Positions 18,485 through 28,893 of a stretch of DNA of 64,000 nt are shown here, piece by piece. The position numbers and the translations under genes are program-made. The stretch's first letter is position 1. Every line of letters starts with the position of its first letter. Source of the stretch: Bacteroidota bacterium (GTDB lineage: Bacteria; Bacteroidota; Ignavibacteria; UBA10030; UBA6906). The stretch is taken from positions 3,697 through 67,696 of the forward strand of contig JBJXHC010000038.1 of assembly GCA_046160825.1 (NCBI GenBank). The letters run 5' to 3'. Under the pieces are notes generated by a model. The model worked only from the letters and a program-made list of their open reading frames with translations, did no database searches and had not been told where the DNA came from.

Positions 18485-20752
18485 ATGAAAAAGAGCGTGT
18501 GGTGTGCCCTGCTGCTTGCGTTCCCATGTCTTGCCGTTGCCTCCGTCGGAACGTGGCAAAATTATACTTCCATGAAGGATGTACGCGATGTCGCGCATTC
18601 GGGGGAAACATTCTGGGCAGCAACAAGCGGCGGGTTGTTTGCCTGGAGAGAGGGATCGTTGGAGTTTCAGCGATTCACCAATGCTGAGGGTCTCCGGAAG
18701 ATTGATCTTACTGCCGTCGCGGTAGACACGAGAGGCAATATCTGGACGGGAGCCTCCACCGGCACAATCCACGTCTACTCCCCTTCCCAAAATAGCTGGA
18801 CTTACATTCTTGATATCGAAGCTGATGACCAGCAAACCAATAAACGTATTAATAAAATCGTCGTCCAGGGCGACACGGTACTTATTTGCACTGAATTTGG
18901 CTTGAGCCTGTATGACAATGATCGATTGCAATTCGGGGATACCTACAAAAGATTTGGCTCACTTCCCGCATCGAGCAGGGTGGCCGTGTATGATGCCCTA
19001 ATCCACAACGGAAGCATCTGGGCAGCGGTTGGCACAAGCCAAACTAGTAACTATGTCGCGGTTGCGAGCCTATCCAATCCCAACCTCCTTCCTGCCGAAT
19101 CCTGGACTCTCCAGAGTGTCGATCCATCGCTCGCGCAGATTCGAGCATTGGATGTTTTCAATGGTTCTCTGTATGCCGGGACAGCGAACGGTTTGTACAT
19201 GCTGAATTCCGGTACTTGGACGGGAATCACGTCAGTTGTGGGGCGCAATGTCGTCAACGTGGAGGCCGGTGACACCGGACTTGCACTATGCACAGCCACC
19301 CGCGAAGTACTTCTTGTTGATGCGTTGAATAACGCTACACCGTTTGGCACCATCCTTCCGTTCACGCCAACCTCAATCACGTTTGACAGCCAGAACCAGC
19401 CGGCCGTCGGCTCCGACGATGGAGGCATTCTCCGGTTCACGGCGGCTTGGGAATCATATTTCCCCAATGGCCCAAACTCCAATCAGTTCATCAGTATTAC
19501 TGTCGATCCCGATGGTGTGTTATGGGCGGCTTCCGGTTACAGTGGCAATGGTGCAGGATTCTATAGATACAACGGGAGAGAATGGAAATCATTCACAATG
19601 GAAAACAGTGGCCTGCCGACCAACGATTACTTCAGAGTGTCGGTCGGTTGTAATGGCTCCCTGTGGGCAAGCTCCTGGGGATGGGGCGTTGTGGAAGTGC
19701 CAAGAGGTGCAGAAAGCATTGACACGAGCAATGTGTACGGAAGAAACGTTGGAATGATCGGGCTGACCGTGAACCCCGATTATATTGTCATAAGCACTGT
19801 GCAGTGTGATCGATTCGGCAACACGTGGATGTCAGTGTTGGGTGCAACAGATAAGAACATCCTGGCCGTTCGGCGGTCCGATGACACCTGGTCAACCATG
19901 CCCGCATGGTTTGGCTCAACAAGAATGAACACGTTGCTCGACAATATTCCTGTCGATAGAACGTTCGCATTGGATGCATCGGGAAATCTGTGGGCAGCTT
20001 CCCGTGATGACTTTTACAAGGGGGTAATCTCCTTTAGTAATCGGGCGACCGACACCGTCAGGGTTCATCTCAGTGACCAGAATGGCCTTCCAAGCAATGA
20101 CATCAAAACCATCGTCGTCGATCGCGAGAACGACCTCTGGATCGGGACTGACAGAGGAATTGGCATTGTGCTTACCCCTGAAAACCCCACAGGATCAAAT
20201 GGCATTGCTACTTACCGGCCACTCAATGGACTGGTCATCAACACAATAGCGGTGGATGCCCTGAATCAGAAATGGGTCGGAACAACTGAAGGAGCTGTTC
20301 TTCTTTCCCAAGATGGTACTCAACTCCTTGCATCATACACCGTCGAAAGCACCGGAGGAAAACTCATCGATAACGATGTGAAGAGTATCGCTATTGACAC
20401 TGAGACTGGTACGGTGTATTTTGGTACAGTAAACGGGCTCGCCAGCCTGACGACGACCAGCGCAGCTCCCAAGGTTGCGTTTGACGAATTGGAATTCTCC
20501 CCAAATCCATATATCGTTCCAAGTGCAACCCCGCTTACTGTTGACGGCCTTGTCGAGAACTCGAGCATAAAAATCCTTTCGATGGACGGTCGCCTTGTCC
20601 GCAATTTGACAACCCCCGGTGGGCGTATCGGCTTTTGGGATGGCAGAGATGATATAGGGAACAGTGTCGCCACGGGTGTTTACCTCGTAGTTGCTTTTTC
20701 CGATGATGGAAGTAAAGTTGCCACCGGCAAGGTGGCTGTTGTGAGGAGGTAG
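18485..20752 (+). CDS. Secreted multi-repeat beta-propeller protein (two-component-regulator-propeller / Reg_prop-like repeats) with a T9SS-type C-terminal sorting domain
   Basis: It has a signal peptide and many G-W-x-GT-x-x-GL repeats, including NIWTGASTGTIHVY, LWIGTDRGIGIV and KWVGTTEGAVLL. The last roughly 80 aa (FSPNPYIVPS...IKILSMDGRLVRNL...GVYLVVAFSDDGSKVATGKVAVVRR) fit the Por/T9SS CTD pattern. Confidence 0.75.
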   Translation: MKKSVWCALLLAFPCLAVASVGTWQNYTSMKDVRDVAHSGETFWAATSGGLFAWREGSLEFQRFTNAEGLRKIDLTAVAVDTRGNIWTGASTGTIHVYSPSQNSWTYILDIEADDQQTNKRINKIVVQGDTVLICTEFGLSLYDNDRLQFGDTYKRFGSLPASSRVAVYDALIHNGSIWAAVGTSQTSNYVAVASLSNPNLLPAESWTLQSVDPSLAQIRALDVFNGSLYAGTANGLYMLNSGTWTGITSVVGRNVVNVEAGDTGLALCTATREVLLVDALNNATPFGTILPFTPTSITFDSQNQPAVGSDDGGILRFTAAWESYFPNGPNSNQFISITVDPDGVLWAASGYSGNGAGFYRYNGREWKSFTMENSGLPTNDYFRVSVGCNGSLWASSWGWGVVEVPRGAESIDTSNVYGRNVGMIGLTVNPDYIVISTVQCDRFGNTWMSVLGATDKNILAVRRSDDTWSTMPAWFGSTRMNTLLDNIPVDRTFALDASGNLWAASRDDFYKGVISFSNRATDTVRVHLSDQNGLPSNDIKTIVVDRENDLWIGTDRGIGIVLTPENPTGSNGIATYRPLNGLVINTIAVDALNQKWVGTTEGAVLLSQDGTQLLASYTVESTGGKLIDNDVKSIAIDTETGTVYFGTVNGLASLTTTSAAPKVAFDELEFSPNPYIVPSATPLTVDGLVENSSIKILSMDGRLVRNLTTPGGRIGFWDGRDDIGNSVATGVYLVVAFSDDGSKVATGKVAVVRR

Positions 20753-20857
20753 GATATGGACTGACGGCATCCTTCCCCCGATGAATCTTGATCGATCCGC
20801 TCTGTTGCTTATTGTCCGAACATGGTCGGGAGGACGTACTTGGGCGGACCATACAGA

Positions 20858-21184
20858 ATGACACAGAACTCACTATTTTTACACAAACACAGGGAGGGGC
20901 AGACCTTGGACAACAACGGCTACAAGGATGAAATCTTCACAAAACGCGTCCGCGCTGGAAAACGAACGTATTTCTTCGACGTGAAGTCCACAAAATCTGA
21001 GAAGGATTTCTACATCACGATCACTGAAAGCAAGCGCGTTGGCGACGATGACTATGAGAAGCACAAGATATTTCTCTACAAAGAGGACTTCGAGAAATTC
21101 CGCGAAGCACTTGCAGAAACTGTTGAATATGTGCAAACACAATTGTTGGAACCCATGGCTGCCGAAAAACAAGAATCTGCATAA
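20858..21184 (+). CDS. DUF3276 family protein (bacterial PUR-alpha-like nucleic-acid-binding repeat)
   Basis: VRAGKRTYFFDVKSTKSEKDFYITITESKR and KIFLYKEDFEKF form the characteristic PUR-like repeat pair. The start is either ATG 20858 or the track start at 20822. Confidence 0.65.
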   Translation: MTQNSLFLHKHREGQTLDNNGYKDEIFTKRVRAGKRTYFFDVKSTKSEKDFYITITESKRVGDDDYEKHKIFLYKEDFEKFREALAETVEYVQTQLLEPMAAEKQESA

Positions 21185-21211
21185 TCACAACCCTGAGTGA
21201 CCTTTCCTCAA

Positions 21212-21239
21212 GGCACCTCGTTTTTCCTCTCGAGGTGCC
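21212..21239 (+). terminator. Hairpin GGCACCTCG ... CGAGGTGCC (9-bp stem, T-rich loop) after the DUF3276 gene, a probable terminator
   Basis: The inverted repeat is read directly from the sequence about 28 nt after the stop. A pyrimidine-rich tail follows (CTTCTCGCGTTCTCTCCC) rather than a clean U-tract. Confidence 0.4.
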
Positions 21240-21394
21240 CTTCTCGCGTTCTCTCCCTCACTACAACACCAGCCTTGGTACTTTGCTTGACTCTCTTGGT
21301 AATTTTGAATATCTTTCTGCACATTTTTCAGCCATTTTCACACGTTCCTACCGGTATTCATGGTTACAATAGAACCCCGAGGAGTGGCCGAGCA

Positions 21395-21892
21395 ATGAGA
21401 ATTCAGGTTGGGGGGCTTTCGGAAGGTGTTCACGAGTATCAGTTCACCGCGACCGGAGAGGGGTTGGGACTTGGAGAGCCGTTCAAGAAAGATGTCACCG
21501 TTAGGGTAACGCTTGAACGATCCGGGGATCAGTTCCATATTAATGCCCAGATTCTTGCAACGGGTGATTTTGTTTGTGACCGATGTGCGTCTCCGTTCCA
21601 GACAGTAGTAGCCCCGTCGTATCGAATGCATTACATAACGAACCCGACTGAATCAGACGGGTATGATGCGTCTGAGGTTCAGGTTCTTTCGCCCGGCTTC
21701 ATGATTCTTGATATTGCCGAGGATGTCCGACAAACAATTCTTTTGGGAATTCCTCTGAAATTGTTGTGTCGTGAACAGTGTGCAGGTTTATGCCCGCATT
21801 GTGCAAAGAACCTCAACGAAGAGCTGTGTGACTGCAAGGACGACGTGGTGGATACGCGCTGGGAACAATTGCGCAAGCTGAGAACCAACTGA
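21395..21892 (+). CDS. yceD: YceD/DUF177 family protein (large ribosomal subunit accumulation protein) preceding rpmF
   Basis: Conserved cysteine pairs (CDRC...CPHC...CDC) are present. Its position immediately upstream of the L32 gene matches the yceD-rpmF-plsX-fab arrangement. The start was trimmed to the MRIQVGG Met. Confidence 0.75.
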   Translation: MRIQVGGLSEGVHEYQFTATGEGLGLGEPFKKDVTVRVTLERSGDQFHINAQILATGDFVCDRCASPFQTVVAPSYRMHYITNPTESDGYDASEVQVLSPGFMILDIAEDVRQTILLGIPLKLLCREQCAGLCPHCAKNLNEELCDCKDDVVDTRWEQLRKLRTN

Positions 21893-21926
21893 GTGGTTGA
21901 GATTACGAAACGAGGAGTATTCATTC

Positions 21927-22109
21927 ATGCCAAATCCCAAACGAAGACATTCCAAAACGCGCGGTCGGAAACGCCGGACGCATTATAAGGCCACTGCAGC
22001 CGCGGTTGCCGAGTGTCCGAATTGTCACACGCAAAAGCTTCCTCATCGCGCCTGCCCAAACTGCGGCTACTATAACGGACGCTCCATTAAAGTACCCAAG
22101 GCATCCTAA
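21927..22109 (+). CDS. rpmF: 50S ribosomal protein L32
   Basis: MPNPKRRHSKTRGRKRRTHYK...CPNCHTQKLPHRACPNCGYY is 60 aa. The start was trimmed from the track ORF 21897. Confidence 0.9.
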   Translation: MPNPKRRHSKTRGRKRRTHYKATAAAVAECPNCHTQKLPHRACPNCGYYNGRSIKVPKAS

Positions 22110-22118
22110 GCTAAAGCG

Positions 22119-23201
22119 TTGTATTGGTCCGGGGCCCGTTCGCCTCTTGCGGATTTCACTTATTATCCCTTGGCTGCAAACACTCAGAATATACGCATCG
22201 CCGTTGACGCTATGGGGGGAGACTATGCACCCGAAAACGTCGTGGCCGGTGCCATTGATGCGTTGCGAGAAACCCGAGGGCGTTTCGCAATCAACCTTGT
22301 TGGCCAGAGAGAGAAAATCGAACCTCTGTTGCACGATGCAAAGAAAAGGTCGGACTGGTCCCCTGAGTTATGCACCATCGTCCATGCTTCGGAAGTCATT
22401 TCAATGAATGATGCGCCGAATGCTGCACTCAAGACCAAGAAGGACTCCTCCATCACCGTCGGGGTGAACCTCCACCGCGAGGGAAAAGTCCATGCCTTTG
22501 TCAGCGCAGGCAATACGGGGGCCGTGCTCTCCGCCTCCACGCTAATTCTTGGACGGATAGCCGGGGTGGGGCGTCCCACAATCGGCGCAATGATTCCAAC
22601 AACATCCTCTCCCTGCTTGCTCCTTGATGCCGGTGCAAACGTGGATTGCCGCGCTCAACACCTCTTTGAGTTTGCCGTGATGGGATCCATTTATCTCTCT
22701 TCCGTGCTCGGGAAAAATAACCCGACAGTGGCACTCCTCAGTATCGGCGAAGAAGATACGAAGGGAAACGAGGTGAGCCTCGAAACTCACTCTCTCCTCA
22801 GAAAAAGCAAACTGAATTTTGTCGGCAATATTGAGGGGAGGGACATCCTCCATGGCAAAGTGGATGTGGTAGTGTGTGATGGGTTTGTTGGAAACATCCT
22901 CTTGAAGTTTGGCGAGAGCGTGCCTGGATTTCTGAAGGTCAAGTTTACGCGATTCGCCTCTCAGGGGATCCTCAACAAGTTGATGGTATTGTTTGCGCGC
23001 AAAGGAATGAGAAGCGTGCTCAAAGAGCTCGACTACCAGGAACATGGGGGCGTACCCCTTCTCGGCATCAATGGCGTTTCGATTATCGGTCACGGCGGTT
23101 CGACACCAAAGGCGATAAAAAATATGATCTACAGGGCCGAAGAGATGGTGCGCCATGGTGTGAACACACGCATCCAGGAAGCGATGGCGCAATATGCATA
23201 A
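22119..23201 (+). CDS. plsX: Phosphate acyltransferase PlsX
   Basis: IAVDAMGGDYAPE at the N-terminus and GxxDxxxCDGFxGN (VVVCDGFVGNILLK) are present. The exact start is uncertain; an in-frame TTG at about 22170 is an alternative. Confidence 0.9.
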   Translation: MYWSGARSPLADFTYYPLAANTQNIRIAVDAMGGDYAPENVVAGAIDALRETRGRFAINLVGQREKIEPLLHDAKKRSDWSPELCTIVHASEVISMNDAPNAALKTKKDSSITVGVNLHREGKVHAFVSAGNTGAVLSASTLILGRIAGVGRPTIGAMIPTTSSPCLLLDAGANVDCRAQHLFEFAVMGSIYLSSVLGKNNPTVALLSIGEEDTKGNEVSLETHSLLRKSKLNFVGNIEGRDILHGKVDVVVCDGFVGNILLKFGESVPGFLKVKFTRFASQGILNKLMVLFARKGMRSVLKELDYQEHGGVPLLGINGVSIIGHGGSTPKAIKNMIYRAEEMVRHGVNTRIQEAMAQYA

Positions 23202-23216
23202 TAACCGCAGATCACT

Positions 23217-24224
23217 ATGACAGAAAAGAAACTGCGAGCGACCATAACTGCCGTCGGGCACTACGTACCAGAGAAGATCATCACCAACGCCGATCTCGAA
23301 AAAATGGTGGATACCACCGATGAGTGGATCCGTTCGCGTACAGGGATATCGGAAAGACGGATGCTTGAAAATGGTGCAACGTCCGATATGGCCGTAAAGG
23401 CAATTCAGGCATGTCTACAGAACTCCGGCAAGGGGGTTGAGGAAATCGACTTGATCATCGTCGGCACGATTTCACCCGACATGTTCTTCCCCTCTACCGC
23501 ATGCGTCATTCAGGAGAAGATCGGGGCGAAAAACGCCTGGGGCTTTGACCTCTCTGCAGCCTGTTCGGGGTTCCTGTATGCCCTTGTAACCGGCAGCCAG
23601 TTCGTCGAAACGGGCGCGTACAAGAATGTTATTGTTGTGGGATCGGACAAGATGAGTTCGATTACAAATTACAAGGACCGCAACACGTGCATTCTCTTCG
23701 GCGATGGTGCCGCCGCCGTTTTGCTTGAGCCGACAACGGATACTTCCGCCGGGATCCTTGACCATAAACTCTACTCGGATGGTTCAGGGGGAAAATACCT
23801 CCGGATGCTTGGGGGCGGAAGCCTCAATCCCACAACGCATGAAACCCTCGACAAGGGAATGCACTTCCTTTTCCAGGATGGCAAGTCAGTGTTCAAAGTG
23901 GCGGTGATGGGAATGGCCGACGTTTCTACTGAAATCCTGAAAAGGAATAATCTGACAGGCAAGGATGTGGATTGGCTCGTCCCGCACCAGGCAAATCTCA
24001 GGATCATCGACGCATGCGCCGAACGCATGGGGCTCGACAAATCCAAGGTCATGATCAATATCAATCGATACGGTAACACGACAGCAGCAACCATTCCGCT
24101 TTGTCTTTCTGAGTGGTGGCAGGCCGGGAAATTGCGCAAAGGGCAAACAATCGTGCTCGCGAGCTTCGGTGCAGGCTATACTTGGGGAAGTGCTCTGGTA
24201 AAATGGTCTGCGGAGAACGCATAG
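23217..24224 (+). CDS. fabH: 3-oxoacyl-ACP synthase III
   Basis: It has the catalytic Cys (SAACSGFLYAL) and the His/Asn region (VPHQANLRI, GNTTAAT). Confidence 0.95.
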   Translation: MTEKKLRATITAVGHYVPEKIITNADLEKMVDTTDEWIRSRTGISERRMLENGATSDMAVKAIQACLQNSGKGVEEIDLIIVGTISPDMFFPSTACVIQEKIGAKNAWGFDLSAACSGFLYALVTGSQFVETGAYKNVIVVGSDKMSSITNYKDRNTCILFGDGAAAVLLEPTTDTSAGILDHKLYSDGSGGKYLRMLGGGSLNPTTHETLDKGMHFLFQDGKSVFKVAVMGMADVSTEILKRNNLTGKDVDWLVPHQANLRIIDACAERMGLDKSKVMININRYGNTTAATIPLCLSEWWQAGKLRKGQTIVLASFGAGYTWGSALVKWSAENA

Positions 24225-25136
24225 ATGGGTAAGACGGCGTTCATATTCCCCGGACAAGGCTCGCAGTATGTTGGGATGGGGAAAGAGTATTTCGAAAACG
24301 ACGCTCACGCACGCGCATTGTTTGAACAGGCTGACTCGTTGCTGGGCATTCCTTTGACGCGTATTTGTTTTGAAGGACCTGAAGAAGAACTTCGCCAGAC
24401 GAAGAACACCCAGCCCGCCATCTTCCTTCACAGTATGGTCGTTGCCTCACGACTTACCGACTTGAGCGCAGACATGGTTGCCGGACATTCACTCGGCGAG
24501 TACTCCGCTCTTGTTGCAGCGGGGGCGATTTCATTTGAGGATGGACTTCGGATTGTGCGTTTACGTGGAGAACTGATGCAACAGGCAGGCGAGATGTCAA
24601 AGGGCACGATGGCAGCGATCGTTGGTCTGGAAGCAGCGGCCGTCGAGGAACTTTGTCGTGAGGCAGCCAGCGCCGGGGTCGTCCAGCCTGCAAACTTCAA
24701 CTCACCCGGCCAGATCGTGATCTCGGGTTCGGTGGAAGGTGTACGAAAAGGAATGGAAATCGCAAAACAGCGCGGAGCGAAATTGGTGAAGGAGCTTGTG
24801 GTCAGCGGTGCCTTCCATTCTCCCCTGATGGAACATGCAAAGGATGGTCTCCGCAGGAAGTTGGACGAAACACCAATACAGAACGCAACCATGCCTCTCT
24901 ATGCCAACGTGAATGCAGAACCGGTCACAAAGGCTTCCGAGATACGCGAGTTTCTTTATCAGCAATTGACGAGTCCGGTACGGTGGGAAGAGACCATAAA
25001 GAACATGGTACGCGATGGTTGCACGCGGTTCCAGGAAGTAGGGCCGGGAAGGGTACTACAGGGTCTTGTGAAACGCACCGTCCCGGATGTCCTGGTTTCC
25101 GGATTCGACAAACTCACCGATCTACAACCAGTATAG
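24225..25136 (+). CDS. fabD: Malonyl-CoA:ACP transacylase
   Basis: FPGQGSQYVGMG and the active-site GHSLGEYSALVAAGA are present. Confidence 0.95.
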   Translation: MGKTAFIFPGQGSQYVGMGKEYFENDAHARALFEQADSLLGIPLTRICFEGPEEELRQTKNTQPAIFLHSMVVASRLTDLSADMVAGHSLGEYSALVAAGAISFEDGLRIVRLRGELMQQAGEMSKGTMAAIVGLEAAAVEELCREAASAGVVQPANFNSPGQIVISGSVEGVRKGMEIAKQRGAKLVKELVVSGAFHSPLMEHAKDGLRRKLDETPIQNATMPLYANVNAEPVTKASEIREFLYQQLTSPVRWEETIKNMVRDGCTRFQEVGPGRVLQGLVKRTVPDVLVSGFDKLTDLQPV

Positions 25137-25159
25137 GATTCTTTGTGTCCGACAAGCCG

Positions 25160-25759
25160 ATGGTGGAAATACAAGGGTATTCAGTCGCCCCGGAACTTTT
25201 TGAAAAGGGTTATGCCCAGGGTATGGGTCCCTGCACCTGCACTTCCACATGCTGTTCCGGTGGTGTCTATGCCGATATTAAGGAACGCGACAGCATCATT
25301 GCACACAAGGAACTGATCAAGAAATACATGGACGAAACACAGCCGAAGGATGAGGCGCTGTGGTTTGATGAGAGCGACTTCGAGGACAAGGATTTCCCCT
25401 CTCAACGCGCCATTGGAACAACTGTTCACAATGATAAGTGCGCGTTTCTTGACAAGCAAGGGCGTTGTTCCATTCAGCTTGCAACAACAACAGAGGGAAC
25501 GGGACGATGGGCATTGAAGCCATTGTTCTGCATCCTCTTTCCGATTGAGATTTCCAATAAAGTGATTGGCTTCGATGATCTCCTTCAGGGAGATGCGGCC
25601 TGTTGCTCGATCGGTGATGAGTTTCAGACTCCATTGTTCGAGGCCTGCAAGGATGAACTGGTGCATCTTCTGGGTGATGATGGATTTCGCACCATGCAGG
25701 AACACTACGCACAGATAAAGCCAGCGGTTGGCGCTCAAGCAAATGTGAGGGTTGCCTGA
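25160..25759 (+). CDS. DUF3109-like Cys-rich protein embedded in the fab operon
   Basis: It is 199 aa with clustered cysteines (CTCTSTCCSGG, CAFLDKQGRCS, AACCSIGDE). The start was trimmed from track ORF 24983 to ATG 25160, just after the fabD stop. Confidence 0.6.
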   Translation: MVEIQGYSVAPELFEKGYAQGMGPCTCTSTCCSGGVYADIKERDSIIAHKELIKKYMDETQPKDEALWFDESDFEDKDFPSQRAIGTTVHNDKCAFLDKQGRCSIQLATTTEGTGRWALKPLFCILFPIEISNKVIGFDDLLQGDAACCSIGDEFQTPLFEACKDELVHLLGDDGFRTMQEHYAQIKPAVGAQANVRVA

Positions 25760-25760
25760 C

Positions 25761-26507
25761 ATGAGCTCGTTGGCAGGCAAAACTGCGCTCGTAACGGGAG
25801 GCGGACGGGGAATTGGGAAGGCAATCGTGCTTGCCCTGTCAGACGCCGGTGCTGATGTGGCATTCACATATCGAAACTCGGCATCTTCCGCACAGTCGCT
25901 CGTTGACGAACTCACATCAAAGAGCCGGAAGATTTTGGCGTTGCAATCGGATGCAACTTCCACCGCTGATACAGCACGTGTGGTTGAGGTTGTGACCAAA
26001 GAACTTGGCCGGCTCGATGTCCTCGTCAACAACGCGGGCATCACCAAAGATGGACTGTTGATGCGGATGAGTGAGGAAGACTGGGATACTGTCATCGCTA
26101 ATAATCTTAAGAGTGTGTACAATTTTACCAAAGCGGCATGCAGGCCGATGATGGGACAGCGTTCCGGCAAGATCATCAATATCACATCCGTCGTCGGTAT
26201 TACGGGCAATGCCGGACAGACAAACTATGCCGCCTCCAAGGCCGGCATCATTGGATTCACAAAATCAGTTGCAAAAGAGCTCGGTTCTCGCAATATTCAG
26301 GTCAACGCCGTGGCACCCGGGTACGTTGAAACCGATATGACATCAAAGCTGAACGACGAACAGCGAAAGTCTTTAACAGAGTTTATTCCCTTGAAACGCA
26401 CGGCACAAGCGTCGGAAATTGCAGGAGTGGTCCGGTTTCTCGCATCAGCAGATGCGGATTATATTACCGGACAGGTATTGTGTGTGGATGGCGGCATGAC
26501 GATGTAG
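25761..26507 (+). CDS. fabG: 3-oxoacyl-ACP reductase
   Basis: TGGGRGIG Rossmann motif, NNAG, and the catalytic YAASKAG are present. Confidence 0.95.
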   Translation: MSSLAGKTALVTGGGRGIGKAIVLALSDAGADVAFTYRNSASSAQSLVDELTSKSRKILALQSDATSTADTARVVEVVTKELGRLDVLVNNAGITKDGLLMRMSEEDWDTVIANNLKSVYNFTKAACRPMMGQRSGKIINITSVVGITGNAGQTNYAASKAGIIGFTKSVAKELGSRNIQVNAVAPGYVETDMTSKLNDEQRKSLTEFIPLKRTAQASEIAGVVRFLASADADYITGQVLCVDGGMTM

Positions 26508-26561
26508 TACGACAAGACAGCAAAATCAATTCCCATATTATATACATAGGAGGTCACTACC

Positions 26562-26795
26562 ATGGATGTTGATGCAAAAGTGAAGGAAATTATCGTCAAC
26601 AAGTTGGGCGTTGACGACGGACAGATCACCCCGGAAGCTTCATTCACCAATGATCTCGGCGCAGATTCACTGGATACCGTCGAGTTGGTCATGGAATTTG
26701 AGAAGGCGTTCAATCTCCAGATCCCGGATGAAGATGCCGAGAAGATCACCACGGTCGGTGATGCTATTAGGTACATCAAGTCCAAGAGCGCATAA
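26562..26795 (+). CDS. acpP: Acyl carrier protein
   Basis: It is 77 aa with the phosphopantetheine attachment motif [14 protein letters not shown]. Confidence 0.95.
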   Translation: MDVDAKVKEIIVNKLGVDDGQITPEASFTNDLGADSLDTVELVMEFEKAFNLQIPDEDAEKITTVGDAIRYIKSKSA

Positions 26796-26830
26796 TTCTT
26801 GTATCGTGAGAATGAATCCTGAGCAACGGA

Positions 26831-28075
26831 ATGAGTAAACGAAGAGTGGTGGTGACGGGCCTGGGGGCGTTAACCCCCGTCGGTCTGGGCATCGAGGAGT
26901 ACTGGAAGAACCTTGTCGCAGGCAAGAGCGGAGCGGGACCGGTGACGTACTTTGATCCCGCCGCGTACGATACCCGCTTTGCATGCGAGTTGAAGGGATT
27001 TAAGGCGGCGGATTTCATGGATAGAAAGTCGGTACAACGCATGGATCCTTTTGCGCAGTATGCCGTCATTTCCTCCGACATGGCAATGAAAGACTCGGGC
27101 ATTTCCGTGAAGGATATGGATCCGGACAGGATCGGAGTGGTCTATGGTTCCGGCATCGGCGGGATGATGACCTATCATACGCAATTCCAGAATTACGTTG
27201 AGGGAGGTCCGCGACGTATCAGTCCGTTCTTTATCCCGATGCTGATTCCGGATATCGCCGCAGGCTACATTTCCATCAAGCACGGCCTTAAAGGGCCCAA
27301 CTACGCCACGGTCTCCGCTTGTGCAACCGCCTCACACGCAATCGGCGACGCGTTCCGGATCGTCCAATATGGTGACGCGGATGCAATGGTATGCGGCGGT
27401 TCCGAAGCTCCGATTACGCCGATGGGCATGGGCGGGTTCAATGCCATGAAAGCCATGTCTACCCGCAACGATGCGCCGGAAAAGGCAAGCCGCCCCTTCG
27501 ATGCACAGCGCGACGGGTTCGTTATGGGTGAAGGAGCCGGGACACTTGTCGTCGAAGAGCTTGAGCATGCCCGGAAACGCGGGGCCCGAATCTATGTGGA
27601 GATCGTCGGCATCGGATTTACCGCGGACGCACACCATATCACGGCACCTCCGGTCGGTGGCGAGGGCGCTGTGCGATCCATGCAGCGTTCATTGCGCGAC
27701 GCAGGCATCCGGCCTGACCAAGTGGACTATGTCAATGTCCATGGTACATCGACACCCCTTGGCGATATCAGTGAGACGCTTGCGATCAAGACCGCATTCG
27801 GTGAGCATGCAAAAAAGATGAACATCAGTTCCACGAAATCAATGACGGGACACCTTCTTGGCGCGGCCGGCGGCATAGAAGCTATCGCCGCGATCATGGC
27901 GTGTGTTACGGATACCATCCCCCCCACCATCAACTATGAATTCCCCGATCCACAGTGCGATCTGAACTACACCCCCAACACCGCTCAACACAGAATTGTG
28001 AATTATGCACTGAGTAATACGTTCGGATTCGGCGGTCATAATGCAACGATTCTTGTGAAGAAGTATTCAGCGTGA
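26831..28075 (+). CDS. fabF: 3-oxoacyl-ACP synthase II
   Basis: It has the Cys/His/His KAS II architecture ([30 protein letters not shown]). Confidence 0.95.
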   Translation: MSKRRVVVTGLGALTPVGLGIEEYWKNLVAGKSGAGPVTYFDPAAYDTRFACELKGFKAADFMDRKSVQRMDPFAQYAVISSDMAMKDSGISVKDMDPDRIGVVYGSGIGGMMTYHTQFQNYVEGGPRRISPFFIPMLIPDIAAGYISIKHGLKGPNYATVSACATASHAIGDAFRIVQYGDADAMVCGGSEAPITPMGMGGFNAMKAMSTRNDAPEKASRPFDAQRDGFVMGEGAGTLVVEELEHARKRGARIYVEIVGIGFTADAHHITAPPVGGEGAVRSMQRSLRDAGIRPDQVDYVNVHGTSTPLGDISETLAIKTAFGEHAKKMNISSTKSMTGHLLGAAGGIEAIAAIMACVTDTIPPTINYEFPDPQCDLNYTPNTAQHRIVNYALSNTFGFGGHNATILVKKYSA

Positions 28076-28082
28076 GACATGC

Positions 28083-28871
28083 ATGGGCTGGGTGAAGGAG
28101 CTTCTGCAGAAGCTCTCGGGAAAACCACAGATTACCACCTCGAGAGACCAGGAAGAAGCACAGAAGGATCTCCTGCGGAGTAACACGAAGAACTTTCAAC
28201 GCCTGATCGGGTATCCCATCAGAAATCAGGACGTATTCGTACAAGCGCTGTTACACCGCTCCTTTCTCACACGCGTCAACCGTCCGATCCGTTCCAATGA
28301 ACGCCTTGAGTTTCTTGGCGACTCCATTCTCAATCTCATCGTTGCAGAATATCTCTATCATAACTACCCCGATGCCGAAGAGGGTGAGCTGACAAAGGTC
28401 CGTTCCCGACTTGTCAACAGGAAGGCGCTCGCGGCATACGCGAAGGACATTAAACTGTCGGATTTCATTCTCATGAGCAGCAGTGCTGCCCAATCCATTG
28501 GCAAAGGTTCCGAGACAATTATCGCCGACACGTACGAAGCGGTTATTGCCGCCATTTATCTGGACGGCGGCTATGATGCTGCGCGGCGGTTTGTCGAGCG
28601 ACAGGTTCTCGCTGCTCTCAAGACCGGCTCTGTCATTACAAAGGACGAGAATTACAAAAGCATGCTGTTGGAGTTCTCCCAGTCGCATGGATTCGGCATT
28701 CCACGCTACGTGATAACGAAGGAAGATGGGCCGGACCATGATCGAACTTTCACTGTGGATGTGCTGTTGAATAATGAGCGCAAAGGCTCCGGTGCCGGCA
28801 AGAACAAAAAGGAAGCCGAGCAGGCCGCGGCGAATAAAGCACTGATGCAATTGGAACATAAAACAGACTAA
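28083..28871 (+). CDS. rnc: Ribonuclease III
   Basis: It has the RNase III signature [15 protein letters not shown] and a C-terminal dsRBD. Confidence 0.9.
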   Translation: MGWVKELLQKLSGKPQITTSRDQEEAQKDLLRSNTKNFQRLIGYPIRNQDVFVQALLHRSFLTRVNRPIRSNERLEFLGDSILNLIVAEYLYHNYPDAEEGELTKVRSRLVNRKALAAYAKDIKLSDFILMSSSAAQSIGKGSETIIADTYEAVIAAIYLDGGYDAARRFVERQVLAALKTGSVITKDENYKSMLLEFSQSHGFGIPRYVITKEDGPDHDRTFTVDVLLNNERKGSGAGKNKKEAEQAAANKALMQLEHKTD

Positions 28872-28893
28872 CGGGAAGAGAAGAGTACAAAGC

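Noticed and set aside
21290-21310. A Bacteroidetes-type promoter (TAnnTTTG = TAATTTTG) upstream of yceD.
   Set aside because: The -7-like element is present, but the TTTG -33 element is at the wrong spacing (about 14 nt). It is too weak to call without transcriptome data.
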